Shown here piece by piece: positions 11,418 to 23,698 of a stretch of DNA of 64,000 nt; position 1 is the first letter of the stretch, and each line of letters starts with the position of its first letter. The stretch lies in assembly GCF_024700885.2 (NCBI RefSeq), contig NZ_CP117016.1. One strand, given 5' to 3'. Origin of the DNA: Escherichia coli. GTDB taxonomy: Bacteria > Pseudomonadota > Gammaproteobacteria > Enterobacterales > Enterobacteriaceae. The notes beneath the pieces were generated by a model, which was not told where the DNA came from, did no database searches, and saw only the letters and a program-made list of their open reading frames with translations. A program made the translations under genes and the position numbers.

Positions 11418-12132
11418 GTGATGGTGGTGGGGGAAGGATTACTCAGCGCTGCGCGCTTCACCCTTCGGGTCGTTGCCTGCGGCAACGCTTTCTCGCTGGC
11501 GCTCGAGTCGCACCTTGGTCGAAGCTTCTCATCCTTCCCCGCATGGGCAGAATATTTAATTGCGGATTCGTTTGAGAGTTCACGGACTTTTGAAAAGTGA
11601 TGGTGGTGGGGGAAGGATTACTCAGCGCTGCGCGCTTCGCCCTTCGGGTCGTTGCCTGCGGCAACGCTCTCTCGCTGGCGCTCGAGTCGAACCTTGGTCG
11701 AAGCTTCTCATCCTTCCCCGCATGGGCAGAATATTTAATCGCGGATTCGTTTGAGAGTTCACGGACTTTTGAAAGTGATGGTGGTGGGGGAAGGATTACT
11801 CAGCGCTGCGCGCTTCGCCCTTCGGGTCGTTGCCTGCGGCCACGCTCTCTCGTTGGCGCTCGAGTCGAACCTTGGTCGAAGCTTCTCATCCTTCCCCCGC
11901 TTGGGCAGAATATTTAATTACGGATTCGTTTGAGAGTTCAGGGACTTTTGAAAGTGATGGTGGTGGGGGAAGGATTACTCAGCGCTGCGCGCTTCGCCCT
12001 TCGGGTCGTTGCCTGCGGCCACGCTCTCTCGCTGGCGCTCGAGTCGAACCTTGGTCGAAGCTTCTCATCCTTCCCCGCATGGGCAGAATATTTAATCGCG
12101 GATTCGTTTGAGAGTTCACGGACTTTTGAAAG
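11418..12132 (-). repeat. rtT: rtT tandem repeats downstream of tyrV (four ~178-179-bp units, each ending in the tRNA-Tyr 3' segment)
   Basis: Unit starts at 11418, 11597, 11775, 11954 (next unit is tyrV at 12133), plus a degenerate partial unit at ~11340-11417; an Arg-rich small ORF ([24 protein letters not shown], ~11458-11532, -) resembles the recalled protamine-like Tpr. Confidence 0.8.
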
Positions 12133-12135
12133 TGA

Positions 12136-12220
<85 letters not shown>

Positions 12221-12254
12221 AGGGGTAATTCAAATTTTGAGGTAATGCTTGAGA

Positions 12255-12339
<85 letters not shown>

Positions 12340-12384
12340 ACGGGGTAATGCTTTTTACTGGCCTGCTCCCTTATCGGGAAGCGG

Positions 12385-12420
12385 GGCGCATCATATCAAA
12401 TGACGCGCCGCTGTAAAGTG
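12385..12420 (-). promoter_or_regulatory. tyrT promoter (-35 TTTACA, -10 TATGAT, GC-rich discriminator)
   Basis: On the minus strand TTTACA (12412-12417) and TATGAT (12390-12395) with 16-bp spacer and GCGCCCCGC discriminator; matches the recalled classic stringently controlled tyrT promoter. Confidence 0.8.
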
Positions 12421-12498
12421 TTACGTTGAGAAAAATGAACTGGTTGCGTAATTTTCACCCGTAACGGATTAAAGGTAACCAGTTATTTTTGCTGGCGA

Positions 12499-13341
12499 TT
12501 AAAGAATAATCGTCCGATTACCGTAAACAAAGACGCGCTGCGCCAGTACTTTGTAGAGTGCGCGACTTAAGACGTTTTTCTCGACGTCACGACCTGCGCG
12601 CATCATATCTTCAGCTGTGTAGGTATGATCGACATGAATAACGTCCTGCATGATGATTGGACCTTCGTCCAGATTGTCATTCACATAGTGAGCGGTTGCG
12701 CCAATAATCTTCACGCCACGTTCATAGGCCTGGTGATAAGGACGTGCGCCGATAAACGCTGGCAGGAATGAATGGTGAATATTGATGATCTTATTCGGGA
12801 AGCGTGCCACAAATTCTGGCGTTAATACCCGCATATACTTCGCCAGCACCACGTAGTCAGGCTGATAAGCATCAATGGCATCCGCCATCTTTTGATCGTG
12901 CTCGTTGCGGCTTAACCCTTCATGGCTTACCAGCTCAAACGGAATATCAAAACGCTCAACCAGAGAACGTAAAGTATCGTGGTTACCAATAACTGCCGCG
13001 ATTTCGACATCCAGGCCGCCGTAATTGGCTTTCATCAACAAATCGCCGAGGCAATGCGCCTCTTTAGTGACCAGAATCACTATCCGGCGACGACCGGCAG
13101 GATTCAGCTCACGTACGGAGCCTTCTGGCAATGCGCTGTCGAGATCCGCCAGCAGGGTGGAATCATTAAAAATTCCTTCCAGTTCCGTGCGCATAAAAAA
13201 GCGCCCGGTACGGTGATCAACAAATTCATTGTTCTGTACGATATTTAACTCGTGCTTGTAGCAAATATTGGTAATACGTGCGATCAGACCTTTTTGGTCC
13301 GGACAAATAGTACGCAGAACTTTACGTTGGAGTGAATGCAT
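12499..13341 (-). CDS. purU: formyltetrahydrofolate deformylase
   Basis: 280-aa ORF with N-terminal ACT-like domain and formyltransferase core. Confidence 0.93.
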   Translation of the reverse strand: MHSLQRKVLRTICPDQKGLIARITNICYKHELNIVQNNEFVDHRTGRFFMRTELEGIFNDSTLLADLDSALPEGSVRELNPAGRRRIVILVTKEAHCLGDLLMKANYGGLDVEIAAVIGNHDTLRSLVERFDIPFELVSHEGLSRNEHDQKMADAIDAYQPDYVVLAKYMRVLTPEFVARFPNKIINIHHSFLPAFIGARPYHQAYERGVKIIGATAHYVNDNLDEGPIIMQDVIHVDHTYTAEDMMRAGRDVEKNVLSRALYKVLAQRVFVYGNRTIIL

Positions 13342-13390
13342 TGCTGGAAAAACCTTGTTGAGAGTGTTTGCTAAACCGTACCGTCAACCA

Positions 13391-13849
13391 TTATTGGCCG
13401 CAGCACTTTTTAAATTTTTTACCTGAACCACAAGGGCAGGGATCGTTGCGGCCAAACTGCGGACGTGTACCGTCAATATAGTACCATTGACCGTTTTCTT
13501 TCAAAAATCGCGAACGTTCAATTATTGCACCTGTTTTGCCACCTTCGGTAAATCGCGCAACAAAACTGACAAATCCGATATTGTCGCCGTCCTGCCAACA
13601 ATGTTCAAATACGGTCAATCCCAACCATTCAGTATGCGCAAATCCGGCAATCAATTCGGCACGTAACGCCGCCGCTCCACAAGATGGATGCCAGGTCTTT
13701 ATTAAATAATCTGCGTCTTGCATCACAAAAGCGCAGTAACGCGAACGCATGAGATGTTCTGGATCAGGTGCAACCTTTTCACCAGACACATAAGGGTGGC
13801 AACATAGGCTATACTCGACAGCACTACCACAGGGACAAAGCTGAGACAC
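13391..13849 (-). CDS. ychJ: UPF0225 protein YchJ (SEC-C motif)
   Basis: ORF 13391..13870; GTG start gives 152 aa with N- and C-terminal CPCGSG/CxC motifs. Confidence 0.85.
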   Translation of the reverse strand: MSQLCPCGSAVEYSLCCHPYVSGEKVAPDPEHLMRSRYCAFVMQDADYLIKTWHPSCGAAALRAELIAGFAHTEWLGLTVFEHCWQDGDNIGFVSFVARFTEGGKTGAIIERSRFLKENGQWYYIDGTRPQFGRNDPCPCGSGKKFKKCCGQ

Positions 13850-13961
13850 AAATAATCTCCCTGGAAACAATAACGGCGTATTAACCGCCTGAGTAGCACT
13901 ATGTTAACCGAGCAGTAGCGATGTTGCTACGATTGCATTCCAGGGGAATCTTGCGGGAATA

Positions 13962-14867
13962 ATGAGAAAGATAAAAATAGGGCTGGCGCTGGGATCTGGC
14001 GCGGCGAGAGGTTGGTCGCATATTGGCGTTATTAATGCGCTAAAAAAAGTGGGTATTGAAATTGATATCGTTGCAGGATGTTCAATTGGTTCGCTGGTGG
14101 GCGCTGCCTATGCATGCGATCGATTATCTGCGCTGGAAGATTGGGTGACCTCTTTCAGTTATTGGGATGTTTTACGCCTGATGGATCTCTCCTGGCAGCG
14201 CGGTGGGTTACTGCGCGGCGAGCGTGTCTTCAATCAATATCGCGAAATAATGCCGGAAACAGAGATCGAAAATTGTTCCCGTCGCTTCGCGGCTGTTGCC
14301 ACCAATTTAAGTACTGGGCGCGAATTATGGTTTACTGAAGGCGATCTCCATCTTGCTATTCGTGCATCATGCAGTATTCCAGGACTAATGGCACCCGTTG
14401 CGCATAACGGCTACTGGCTGGTTGATGGCGCTGTAGTTAACCCAATTCCTATTTCGCTCACGCGTGCATTGGGTGCTGATATTGTGATAGCGGTCGACCT
14501 GCAGCACGATGCTCATTTGATGCAACAAGATCTGCTCTCCTTTAATGTCAGTGAAGAAAATAGCGAGAATGGTGATTCTCTGCCGTGGCATGCGCGTCTG
14601 AAAGAAAGGTTGGGCAGCATAACGACACGTCGGGCGGTGACAGCGCCAACGGCAACAGAGATTATGACCACTTCTATCCAGGTGCTGGAGAACCGCCTTA
14701 AAAGGAACCGCATGGCAGGTGATCCGCCCGATATTCTGATTCAACCTGTTTGCCCGCAAATATCTACGCTTGATTTCCATCGCGCGCACGCTGCCATTGC
14801 GGCTGGGCAGCTGGCAGTGGAAAAGAAAATGGACGAACTTTTGCCGTTGGTACGCACCAACATTTGA
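13962..14867 (+). CDS. rssA: patatin-like phospholipase RssA
   Basis: 301-aa ORF with GxGxxG (GSGAARGWSHIGV) and GCSIGS nucleophile-elbow motifs. Confidence 0.9.
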   Translation: MRKIKIGLALGSGAARGWSHIGVINALKKVGIEIDIVAGCSIGSLVGAAYACDRLSALEDWVTSFSYWDVLRLMDLSWQRGGLLRGERVFNQYREIMPETEIENCSRRFAAVATNLSTGRELWFTEGDLHLAIRASCSIPGLMAPVAHNGYWLVDGAVVNPIPISLTRALGADIVIAVDLQHDAHLMQQDLLSFNVSEENSENGDSLPWHARLKERLGSITTRRAVTAPTATEIMTTSIQVLENRLKRNRMAGDPPDILIQPVCPQISTLDFHRAHAAIAAGQLAVEKKMDELLPLVRTNI

Positions 14868-14958
14868 CCAGAATTTTTATCTACACTTAAGTTAATTCTG
14901 ACAGGCGCAGGTGGCAATAGCATGCCACTATTGAGTAAAGCCAGTCAGGGGAGAGAAC

Positions 14959-15972
14959 ATGACGCAGCCATTGGTCGGAAAACAGATTCTCATTGTTGAA
15001 GATGAGCAGGTATTTCGCTCGCTTCTGGATTCGTGGTTTTCCTCATTGGGAGCGACAACGGTACTGGCGGCTGATGGGGTGGATGCCCTTGAGTTGCTGG
15101 GAGGTTTCACTCCAGACCTGATGATATGTGATATCGCGATGCCACGAATGAACGGGCTTAAACTGCTGGAACATATACGCAACAGAGGTGACCAGACACC
15201 GGTTCTGGTGATATCTGCCACTGAAAATATGGCAGATATTGCCAAAGCGTTACGTCTGGGCGTTGAAGATGTTTTGCTGAAACCAGTTAAAGATCTGAAT
15301 CGCTTGCGCGAGATGGTTTTTGCCTGTCTCTATCCCAGCATGTTTAATTCCCGCGTTGAGGAAGAGGAAAGGCTTTTTCGCGACTGGGATGCAATGGTTG
15401 ATAACCCTGCCGCAGCGGCGAAATTATTACAGGAACTACAACCGCCGGTTCAGCAGGTGATTTCCCATTGCCGGGTTAATTATCGTCAATTGGTTGCCGC
15501 GGACAAACCCGGCCTGGTGCTTGATATTGCCGCACTTTCGGAAAACGATCTGGCATTTTATTGCCTTGATGTCACCCGAGCTGGACATAATGGCGTACTT
15601 GCTGCCTTGTTATTACGCGCATTGTTTAACGGATTATTACAGGAACAGCTTGCACACCAAAATCAACGGTTGCCAGAGTTGGGCGCGTTATTGAAGCAGG
15701 TAAACCATTTACTCCGTCAGGCCAATCTGCCGGGGCAGTTTCCGCTATTAGTTGGCTATTATCATCGCGAACTGAAAAATCTCATTCTGGTTTCTGCGGG
15801 GCTGAATGCGACGTTAAATACCGGCGAACACCAGGTGCAAATCAGTAATGGTGTTCCGTTAGGCACTTTAGGTAACGCTTATTTGAATCAATTGAGCCAG
15901 CGATGCGATGCCTGGCAATGCCAAATATGGGGAACCGGTGGTCGGCTGCGCTTGATGTTGTCTGCAGAATGA
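14959..15972 (+). CDS. rssB: RpoS proteolysis adaptor/response regulator RssB (SprE)
   Basis: 337-aa ORF with N-terminal receiver domain (ILIVEDEQVFRSLL...ICDIAMPRMNG). Confidence 0.92.
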   Translation: MTQPLVGKQILIVEDEQVFRSLLDSWFSSLGATTVLAADGVDALELLGGFTPDLMICDIAMPRMNGLKLLEHIRNRGDQTPVLVISATENMADIAKALRLGVEDVLLKPVKDLNRLREMVFACLYPSMFNSRVEEEERLFRDWDAMVDNPAAAAKLLQELQPPVQQVISHCRVNYRQLVAADKPGLVLDIAALSENDLAFYCLDVTRAGHNGVLAALLLRALFNGLLQEQLAHQNQRLPELGALLKQVNHLLRQANLPGQFPLLVGYYHRELKNLILVSAGLNATLNTGEHQVQISNGVPLGTLGNAYLNQLSQRCDAWQCQIWGTGGRLRLMLSAE

Positions 15973-16173
15973 GCAAACGATAACGCGGGCTAAATTTGCA
16001 TTACCAGCTAATGTCGGCTGGTGGTACTATCGTCGCCATTCGTATAAGTAATTGTCTTAATTATGCTAACTCGCATCCTTTTCAGAACTTAGCCCCTTCG
16101 GGGTGCTGATATACTGGGATGCGATCCAGAAATATGAACACGTTCAAAACACGAACAGTCCAGGAGAATTTAA

Positions 16174-17082
16174 ATGGCTGCCATTAATACGAAAGTCAAA
16201 AAAGCCGTTATCCCCGTTGCGGGATTAGGAACCAGGATGTTGCCGGCGACGAAAGCCATCCCGAAAGAGATGCTGCCACTTGTCGATAAGCCATTAATTC
16301 AATACGTCGTGAATGAATGTATTGCGGCTGGCATTACTGAAATTGTGCTGGTTACTCACTCATCTAAAAACTCTATTGAAAACCACTTTGATACCAGTTT
16401 TGAACTGGAAGCAATGCTGGAAAAACGTGTAAAACGTCAACTGCTTGATGAAGTGCAGTCTATTTGTCCGCCGCACGTGACTATTATGCAAGTTCGTCAG
16501 GGGCTGGCGAAAGGCCTGGGACACGCGGTATTGTGTGCTCACCCGGTAGTGGGTGATGAACCTGTGGCTGTTATTTTGCCTGACGTTATTCTGGATGAAT
16601 ATGAATCCGATTTGTCACAGGATAACCTGGCAGAGATGATCCGCCGCTTTGATGAAACGGGTCATAGCCAGATCATGGTTGAACCGGTTGCTGATGTGAC
16701 CGCATATGGCGTTGTGGATTGCAAAGGCGTTGAATTAGCGCCGGGTGAAAGCGTACCGATGGTTGGCGTGGTTGAAAAACCAAAAGCGGATGTTGCGCCG
16801 TCTAATCTCGCTATTGTGGGTCGTTACGTTCTTAGCGCGGATATTTGGCCGTTGCTGGCGAAAACACCTCCGGGTGCTGGTGATGAAATTCAGCTCACCG
16901 ACGCAATTGATATGCTGATCGAAAAAGAAACGGTGGAAGCCTATCATATGAAAGGGAAGAGCCATGACTGCGGTAATAAATTAGGTTACATGCAGGCCTT
17001 CGTTGAATACGGAATTCGTCATAACACCCTTGGCACGGAATTTAAAGCCTGGCTTGAAGAAGAGATGGGCATTAAGAAGTAA
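16174..17082 (+). CDS. galU: UTP--glucose-1-phosphate uridylyltransferase
   Basis: 302-aa ORF, nucleotidyltransferase signature [24 protein letters not shown]. Confidence 0.95.
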
Positions 17083-17105
17083 CTTCTGTATCGGTGTTAT
17101 CCACG

Positions 17106-17138
17106 AAACGGCGTTGAGCAATCGACGCCGTTTTTTTA
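17106..17138 (+). terminator. galU rho-independent terminator
   Basis: Stem acggcgt/gacgccgt followed by TTTTTTT. Confidence 0.7.
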
Positions 17139-17175
17139 TAGCTTATTCTTATTAAATTGTCTTAAACCGGACAAT

Positions 17176-17202
17176 AAAAAATCCCGCCGATGGCGGGATT
17201 TT
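17176..17202 (-). terminator. hns rho-independent terminator
   Basis: On the minus strand, stem atcccgcc/ggcgggat followed by a T-run, just downstream of the hns stop. Confidence 0.75.
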
Positions 17203-17225
17203 AAGCAAGTGTAATCTACAAAAGA

Positions 17226-17639
17226 TTATTGCTTGATCAGGAAATCGTCGAGGGATTTACCTTGCTCATCCATTGCTTTTTTGATTACAGCTGGAGTACG
17301 GCCCTGGCCAGTCCAGGTTTTAGTTTCGCCGTTTTCGTCAACGTAGCTATATTTTGCCGGACGCTGAGCACGTTTAGCTTTGGTGCCAGATTTAACGGCA
17401 GCAAGGCTATTCAGCAGTTCGTTCGGGTCAATACCGTCAGCGATCAGCATTTCGCGATATTGCTGCAGTTTACGAGTGCGCTCTTCAACTTCAGCAGCAG
17501 CCGCGCTTTCTTCTTCGCGACGTTCGTTAACAACAACTTCTAATTTTTCCAGCATTTCTTCCAGCGTTTCAAGTGTACATTCTCTTGCCTGCGCACGAAG
17601 AGTACGGATGTTGTTCAGAATTTTAAGTGCTTCGCTCAT
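17226..17639 (-). CDS. hns: nucleoid-associated protein H-NS
   Basis: 137-aa [44 protein letters not shown]...TWTGQGRTP. Confidence 0.97.
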
Positions 17640-18242
17640 TGTAGTAATCTCAAACTTATATTGGGGTGGTTTGTTGAGGTAATAATAGAGCCTTAAATTC
17701 AGTTGTGCAATAGCCAGGAATGTAAGGAATTCAAAATTGTTCTTTATTTTGTGCCGCCAATAAATATCTTTTCATAAAATTAGCCAGAAAAGACGCGGCA
17801 TATAGCCCTATTTGCGCCGATGATTTCGCAGCACGTGAGGTTAAAACTTCCTGATTCATGTCACATTTTATGGGGAGATTATCGTAGGCTGACGACCTTT
17901 CAGTCTTCTGTATTAGTCGTGTTTACGAGAATTCCCTATTAAGCGAATGATGAAAAGTAGAACAGTCGCAATAAGAGCAGGGACTTAGTATTGCACTATC
18001 TCCAGGAGGTCAACAGAGGGCTATTACTTGCACAACAGGTTAAAGATTGTGAATAGTTACCAGCAGTCATTTACCCGCTTATAACAAGCGAGGCAGTTGT
18101 AATGATAGCTCAGAAGGATTATGCAAGGCTTCGTAAGGGAGAACGCATATACTACTTCTATGCATACTGTTGAGCTGAAAAACTGACGAATTATGATAAA
18201 CTCCAGCCAACTTTAATTCATATCATTGAGGGCCTGTGGCTG

Positions 18243-18860
18243 ATGGCACAGCTATATTTCTACTATTCCGCAATGAATGCGGGTAAGTCTACAGCATTGT
18301 TGCAATCTTCATACAATTACCAGGAACGCGGCATGCGCACTGTCGTATATACGGCAGAAATTGACGATCGCTTTGGTGCCGGGAAAGTCAGTTCGCGTAT
18401 AGGTTTGTCATCGCCTGCAAAATTATTTAACCAAAATTCATCATTATTTGATGAGATTCGTGCGGAACATGAACAGCAGGCAATTCATTGCGTACTGGTT
18501 GATGAATGCCAGTTTTTAACCAGACAACAAGTATATGAATTATCGGAGGTTGTCGATCAACTCGATATACCCGTACTTTGTTATGGTTTACGTACCGATT
18601 TTCGAGGTGAGTTATTTATTGGCAGCCAATACTTACTGGCATGGTCCGACAAACTGGTTGAATTAAAAACCATCTGTTTTTGTGGCCGCAAAGCAAGCAT
18701 GGTGCTGCGTCTTGATCAAGCAGGCAGACCTTATAACGAAGGTGAGCAGGTGGTTATTGGTGGTAATGAACGCTACGTTTCTGTATGCCGTAAACACTAT
18801 AAAGAGGCGTTAGAAGTCGGCTCATTAACGGCTATTCAGGAAAGGCATCGCCACGATTAA
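18243..18860 (+). CDS. tdk: thymidine kinase
   Basis: 205-aa ORF with P-loop (MNAGKST) and C-terminal zinc-ribbon cysteines. Confidence 0.95.
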
Positions 18861-19102
18861 TAAGAATTTCTTTACTGACAGGGTGAGCAGGGCGCTTTTA
18901 TCCTGTCAGTTCGTTTTACTCACTTCATCCGGTGTATATACCCTTCTCGACAGTTCTTTAACGCTACTATACCCCTCACAGAGCGCTTTACAGTGACGTT
19001 GACTTGTGACCTGTAAAGTACAATATCGCTGTGTGTAGGCGTTATACATCGCCGTAAATATGATGAAGGCAAATGCTGTCGGTTTATGGGAAAGTTGCTT
19101 TG

Positions 19103-19140
19103 GGTAAAACAAAAAAACGGCCCCAGAAGGGACCGTTTAT
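19103..19140 (-). terminator. adhE rho-independent terminator
   Basis: On the minus strand, stem aaacggtccc/ggggccgttt followed by a T-run, ~20 bp after the adhE stop. Confidence 0.7.
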
Positions 19141-19161
19141 GTTGCCAGACAGCGCTACTGA

Positions 19162-21837
19162 TTAAGCGGATTTCTTCGCTTTTTTCTCAGCTTTAGCCGG
19201 AGCGGCTTCTTTTTTCGCTGCAGTTTCACCTTCTACATAATCACGACCGTAGTAGGTATCCAGCAGAATCTGTTTCAGCTCGGAGATCAGTGGGTAACGC
19301 GGGTTAGCACCGGTGCACTGGTCATCGAATGCATCTTCAGACAGTTTATCCACATTCGCCAGGAAGTCTGCTTCCTGAACGCCAGCTTCACGGATAGATT
19401 TCGGAATACCCAGTTCAGCTTTCAGCGTTTCCAGCCATGCCAGCAGTTTCTCGATCTTAGCAGCAGTACGGTCGCCCGGTGCGCTCAGACCCAGGTGGTC
19501 AGCAATTTCAGCATAACGACGGCGAGCCTGCGGACGGTCATACTGGCTGAATGCAGTCTGCTTGGTCGGGTTGTCATTCGCGTTGTAGCGAATAACGTTA
19601 CAAATCAGCAGGGCGTTTGCCAGACCGTGCGGAATATGGAACTGGGAACCCAGTTTGTGCGCCATTGAGTGACATACACCCAGGAAGGCGTTCGCAAACG
19701 CGATACCCGCGATAGTTGCTGCACTGTGAACACGTTCACGCGCTACCGGATTTTTAGATCCTTCGTGGTAGGACGCTGGCAGATATTCTTTCAGCAGTTT
19801 CAGCGCCTGCAGAGCCTGACCATCAGAGAACTCAGATGCCAGTACAGAAACATAAGCTTCCATGGCGTGAGTTACTGCGTCCAGACCACCGAAAGCACAC
19901 AGGGACTTCGGCATGTCCATAACCAGGTTGGCATCGACAATCGCCATATCCGGGGTCAGCGCATAGTCTGCCAGCGGATATTTCTGACCAGTAGCGTCGT
20001 CAGTTACAACCGCAAACGGAGTGACTTCAGAACCTGTACCAGAAGTGGTGGTGACAGCGATCATTTTCGCTTTCACGCCCATTTTCGGGAACTTGTAGAT
20101 ACGTTTACGGATATCCATAAAGCGCAGCGCCAGTTCTTCGAAGTGAGTTTCCGGATGTTCGTACATGACCCACATGATCTTCGCGGCGTCCATCGGGGAA
20201 CCACCACCCAGCGCGATAATCACGTCTGGTTTGAAGGAGTTTGCCAGTTCTGCACCTTTACGAACGATGCTCAGGGTCGGGTCAGCTTCTACTTCGAAGA
20301 AGACTTCAGTTTCAACGCCTGCTGCTTTCAGTACGGAAGTGATCTGATCAGCATAACCATTGTTGAACAGGAAGCGGTCAGTCACGATGAGCGCACGTTT
20401 GTGGCCATCAGTAATCACTTCATCCAGCGCGATTGGCAGAGAGCCACGGCGGAAGTAGATAGATTTCGGAAGTTTGTGCCACAACATGTTTTCAGCTCGC
20501 TTAGCAACGGTTTTCTTGTTGATCAGGTGTTTCGGACCAACGTTTTCAGAGATGGAGTTACCACCCCAGGAACCACAACCCAGAGTCAGGGAAGGTGCGA
20601 GTTTGAAGTTATACAGGTCACCGATACCACCCTGAGAAGCCGGGGTGTTAATCAGGATACGAGCCGTTTTCATTTTCTGACCGAAGTAAGAAACGCGAGC
20701 CGGTTGGTTATCCTGGTCAGTGTACAGGCAAGAGGTATGACCGATACCGCCCATAGCTACCAGTTTCTCTGCTTTTTCTACCGCGTCTTCGAAATCTTTA
20801 GCGCGGTACATTGCCAGAGTTGGGGACAGTTTTTCATGTGCGAACGGTTCGCTTTCATCAACAACGGTCACTTCACCGATCAGAATCTTGGTGTTTTCTG
20901 GTACAGAGAAGCCTGCCAGTTCAGCAATTTTATAGGCTGGCTGACCAACGATAGCCGCGTTCAGCGCACCGTTTTTCAGGATAACATCCTGAACAGCTTT
21001 CAGCTCTTTACCCTGCAACAGATAGCCGCCGTGGGTTGCGAAACGTTCACGTACTGCGTCATAAACAGAGTCAACAACAACAACAGACTGTTCAGACGCA
21101 CATATTACGCCGTTGTCGAAGGTTTTGGACATCAGCACAGATGCAACTGCACGTTTGATATCAGCAGTTTCATCGATAACAACTGGCGTGTTACCCGCGC
21201 CTACACCGATAGCTGGTTTACCGGAGCTGTATGCGGCTTTAACCATGCCCGGACCACCAGTCGCGAGGATCAGGTTGATGTCTGGGTGGTGCATCAGTGC
21301 GTTAGACAGTTCAACAGAAGGTTGATCGATCCAGCCGATCAGATCTTTCGGAGCACCGGCAGCGATAGCAGCCTGCAGAACGATATCAGCCGCTTTGTTG
21401 GTTGCATCTTTTGCACGCGGGTGCGGGGAGAAGATAATGGCGTTACGGGTCTTCAGGCTGATCAGCGATTTGAAGATAGCAGTTGAAGTCGGGTTAGTGG
21501 TCGGAACGATACCGCAAATAATACCGATTGGTTCAGCGATAGTGATGGTACCAAAAGTGTCGTCTTCAGACAGAACACCACAGGTTTTTTCATCTTTATA
21601 GGCGTTATAGATATATTCAGAAGCAAAGTGGTTTTTGATCACTTTATCTTCGACGATACCCATGCCGGATTCGGCAACGGCCATTTTCGCGAGTGGGATT
21701 CGAGCATCTGCAGCAGCCAGAGCGGCGGCGCGGAAGATTTTGTCTACTTGCTCTTGAGTGAAACTGGCATATTCACGCTGGGCTTTTTTTACACGCTCTA
21801 CGAGTGCGTTAAGTTCAGCGACATTAGTAACAGCCAT
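19162..21837 (-). CDS. adhE: bifunctional acetaldehyde-CoA/alcohol dehydrogenase
   Basis: 891-aa ORF with N-terminal aldehyde dehydrogenase and C-terminal iron-ADH domains ([20 protein letters not shown]...). Confidence 0.97.
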
Positions 21838-22313
21838 AATGCTCTCCTGATAATGTTAAACTTTTTTAGTAAATCATCTGCTCGAATACGAGAGTATAGT
21901 CAGTGCGGTGATGATTTGCTTAACCGATGAAAATCAAAAGCTTACTCGCGCTCACACTCACTGTGATTTACTAAAAGAGTTTAAACATTAGAGTTATTAT
22001 CTCTAATGCGTCACTTCCAGGTGGCGTAAGCAAGATTACTCACTTCTGGGTACTGATTACGTGATCCAAATCAAATTTTTGCAAAGCTGACACCTTTCAG
22101 CATCGCTTTTCGCCATTATAGCTAACAGTTAATAAATTGTAGTATGATTTGTTGGCTACATTATCATGTTTTGCACAACTAGATAACAATAACGAATGAT
22201 AGCAATTTTAAGTAGTTAGGAGGTGAAAAATGCTGTCAAAAGGCGTATTGTCAGCGCGTCTTTTTAACCTTATTTATGGCTAACATTATCCGGCTTTTGC
22301 TTCGGAGCTAACC

Positions 22314-22961
22314 GTGATTCAGACCCTTTTTGATTTTCCCGTTTACTTCAAATTTTTCATCGGGTTATTTGCGCTGGTCAACCCGGTAGGGATTATTCCC
22401 GTCTTTATCAGCATGACCAGTTATCAGACAGCGGCAGCGCGAAACAAAACGAACCTTACAGCCAACCTGTCTGTGGCTATTATCTTGTGGATCTCGCTTT
22501 TTCTCGGCGACACGATTCTGCAACTTTTTGGTATATCAATTGATTCGTTCCGTATCGCCGGGGGCATCCTGGTGGTGACGATAGCGATGTCGATGATCAG
22601 CGGCAAGCTTGGCGAGGATAAACAGAACAAGCAAGAAAAATCAGAAACCGCGGTACGTGAAAGCATTGGTGTGGTGCCACTGGCGTTGCCGTTGATGGCG
22701 GGGCCAGGGGCGATCAGTTCTACCATCGTCTGGGGTACGCGTTATCACAGCATTAGCTATCTGTTTGGTTTCTTTGTGGCTATTGCATTGTTCGCTTTAT
22801 GTTGCTGGGGATTGTTCCGCATGGCACCGTGGCTGGTACGGGTTTTACGCCAAACCGGCATCAACGTGATCACGCGTATTATGGGGCTATTGCTGATGGC
22901 ATTGGGGATTGAATTTATCGTTACTGGTATTAAGGGGATTTTCCCCGGCCTGCTTAATTAA
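22314..22961 (+). CDS. ychE: MarC-family inner membrane protein YchE
   Basis: 215-aa polytopic membrane ORF at the expected position between adhE and oppA. Confidence 0.85.
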   Translation: MIQTLFDFPVYFKFFIGLFALVNPVGIIPVFISMTSYQTAAARNKTNLTANLSVAIILWISLFLGDTILQLFGISIDSFRIAGGILVVTIAMSMISGKLGEDKQNKQEKSETAVRESIGVVPLALPLMAGPGAISSTIVWGTRYHSISYLFGFFVAIALFALCCWGLFRMAPWLVRVLRQTGINVITRIMGLLLMALGIEFIVTGIKGIFPGLLN

Positions 22962-23698
22962 TTCCTTTCAAATGAAACGGAGCTGCCATGCTCCGTTTAC
23001 TTCGTCATTATTTTTACTTTGTACCCGCGCAGTTATCAAAAGCAAAAGGAATAGGTAAAAATATTCTTCTCAAATTACAGTTAGTTATAAGGATTTCCTT
23101 AACTGCTTCTCCTCACCATCATGTTATTTTCGCCACATCATAATCCTGGGCTTGCTGAAGAATAATTGAAATGATATTAGTAATTCCACTGCCTTTGGTA
23201 GAGGAAAGTGCTAAATAATAATCAATTGTTAAATTATTGTGCATTTCACTACTGGAACTGTAATCAGAAAAGAGAGACATGCTTAACCAATCTCTATTTG
23301 ATTGAATTAAAAGATGTTTGTTAAGACATGGATGCAAGCTATAGATTCTGATACGGTCAATAAAAGAGAATTGCTTAACAATTTTGCAAAATGTATTGGC
23401 GAGTAAGAAGCGCATTTGGTACTTTCCGGGCAACCGCCAGACGATTCTTTATTGGTAATGAGAATAATTAACAATTAAAGAGCGTCGCGAAAGAATAATG
23501 TGTCTCGACAGGGGAGACACAGTACGAATCGACATAAGGTGATCGTCTGAATCACCAGAATAAATAAAGTCGGTGATAGTAATACGTAACGATAAAGTAA
23601 CCTGACAGCAGAAAGTCTCCGAGCCTGTGCAGGGTCCCAATCCGGGATTACACATGCTGGTTAATACCAGTAATTATAATGAGGGAGTCCAAAAAACA

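Noticed and set aside
11418-12132. Regularly spaced repeats that could be mistaken for a CRISPR array
   Set aside because: Repeat unit is ~178 bp with no short unique spacers, and no cas genes are nearby; it is the rtT repeat array of the tyrT operon.
19669-21486. 605-aa ORF on the plus strand inside adhE
   Set aside because: Lies entirely antisense to the confidently identified adhE coding sequence; its translation is low-complexity with no start context. Shadow ORF.
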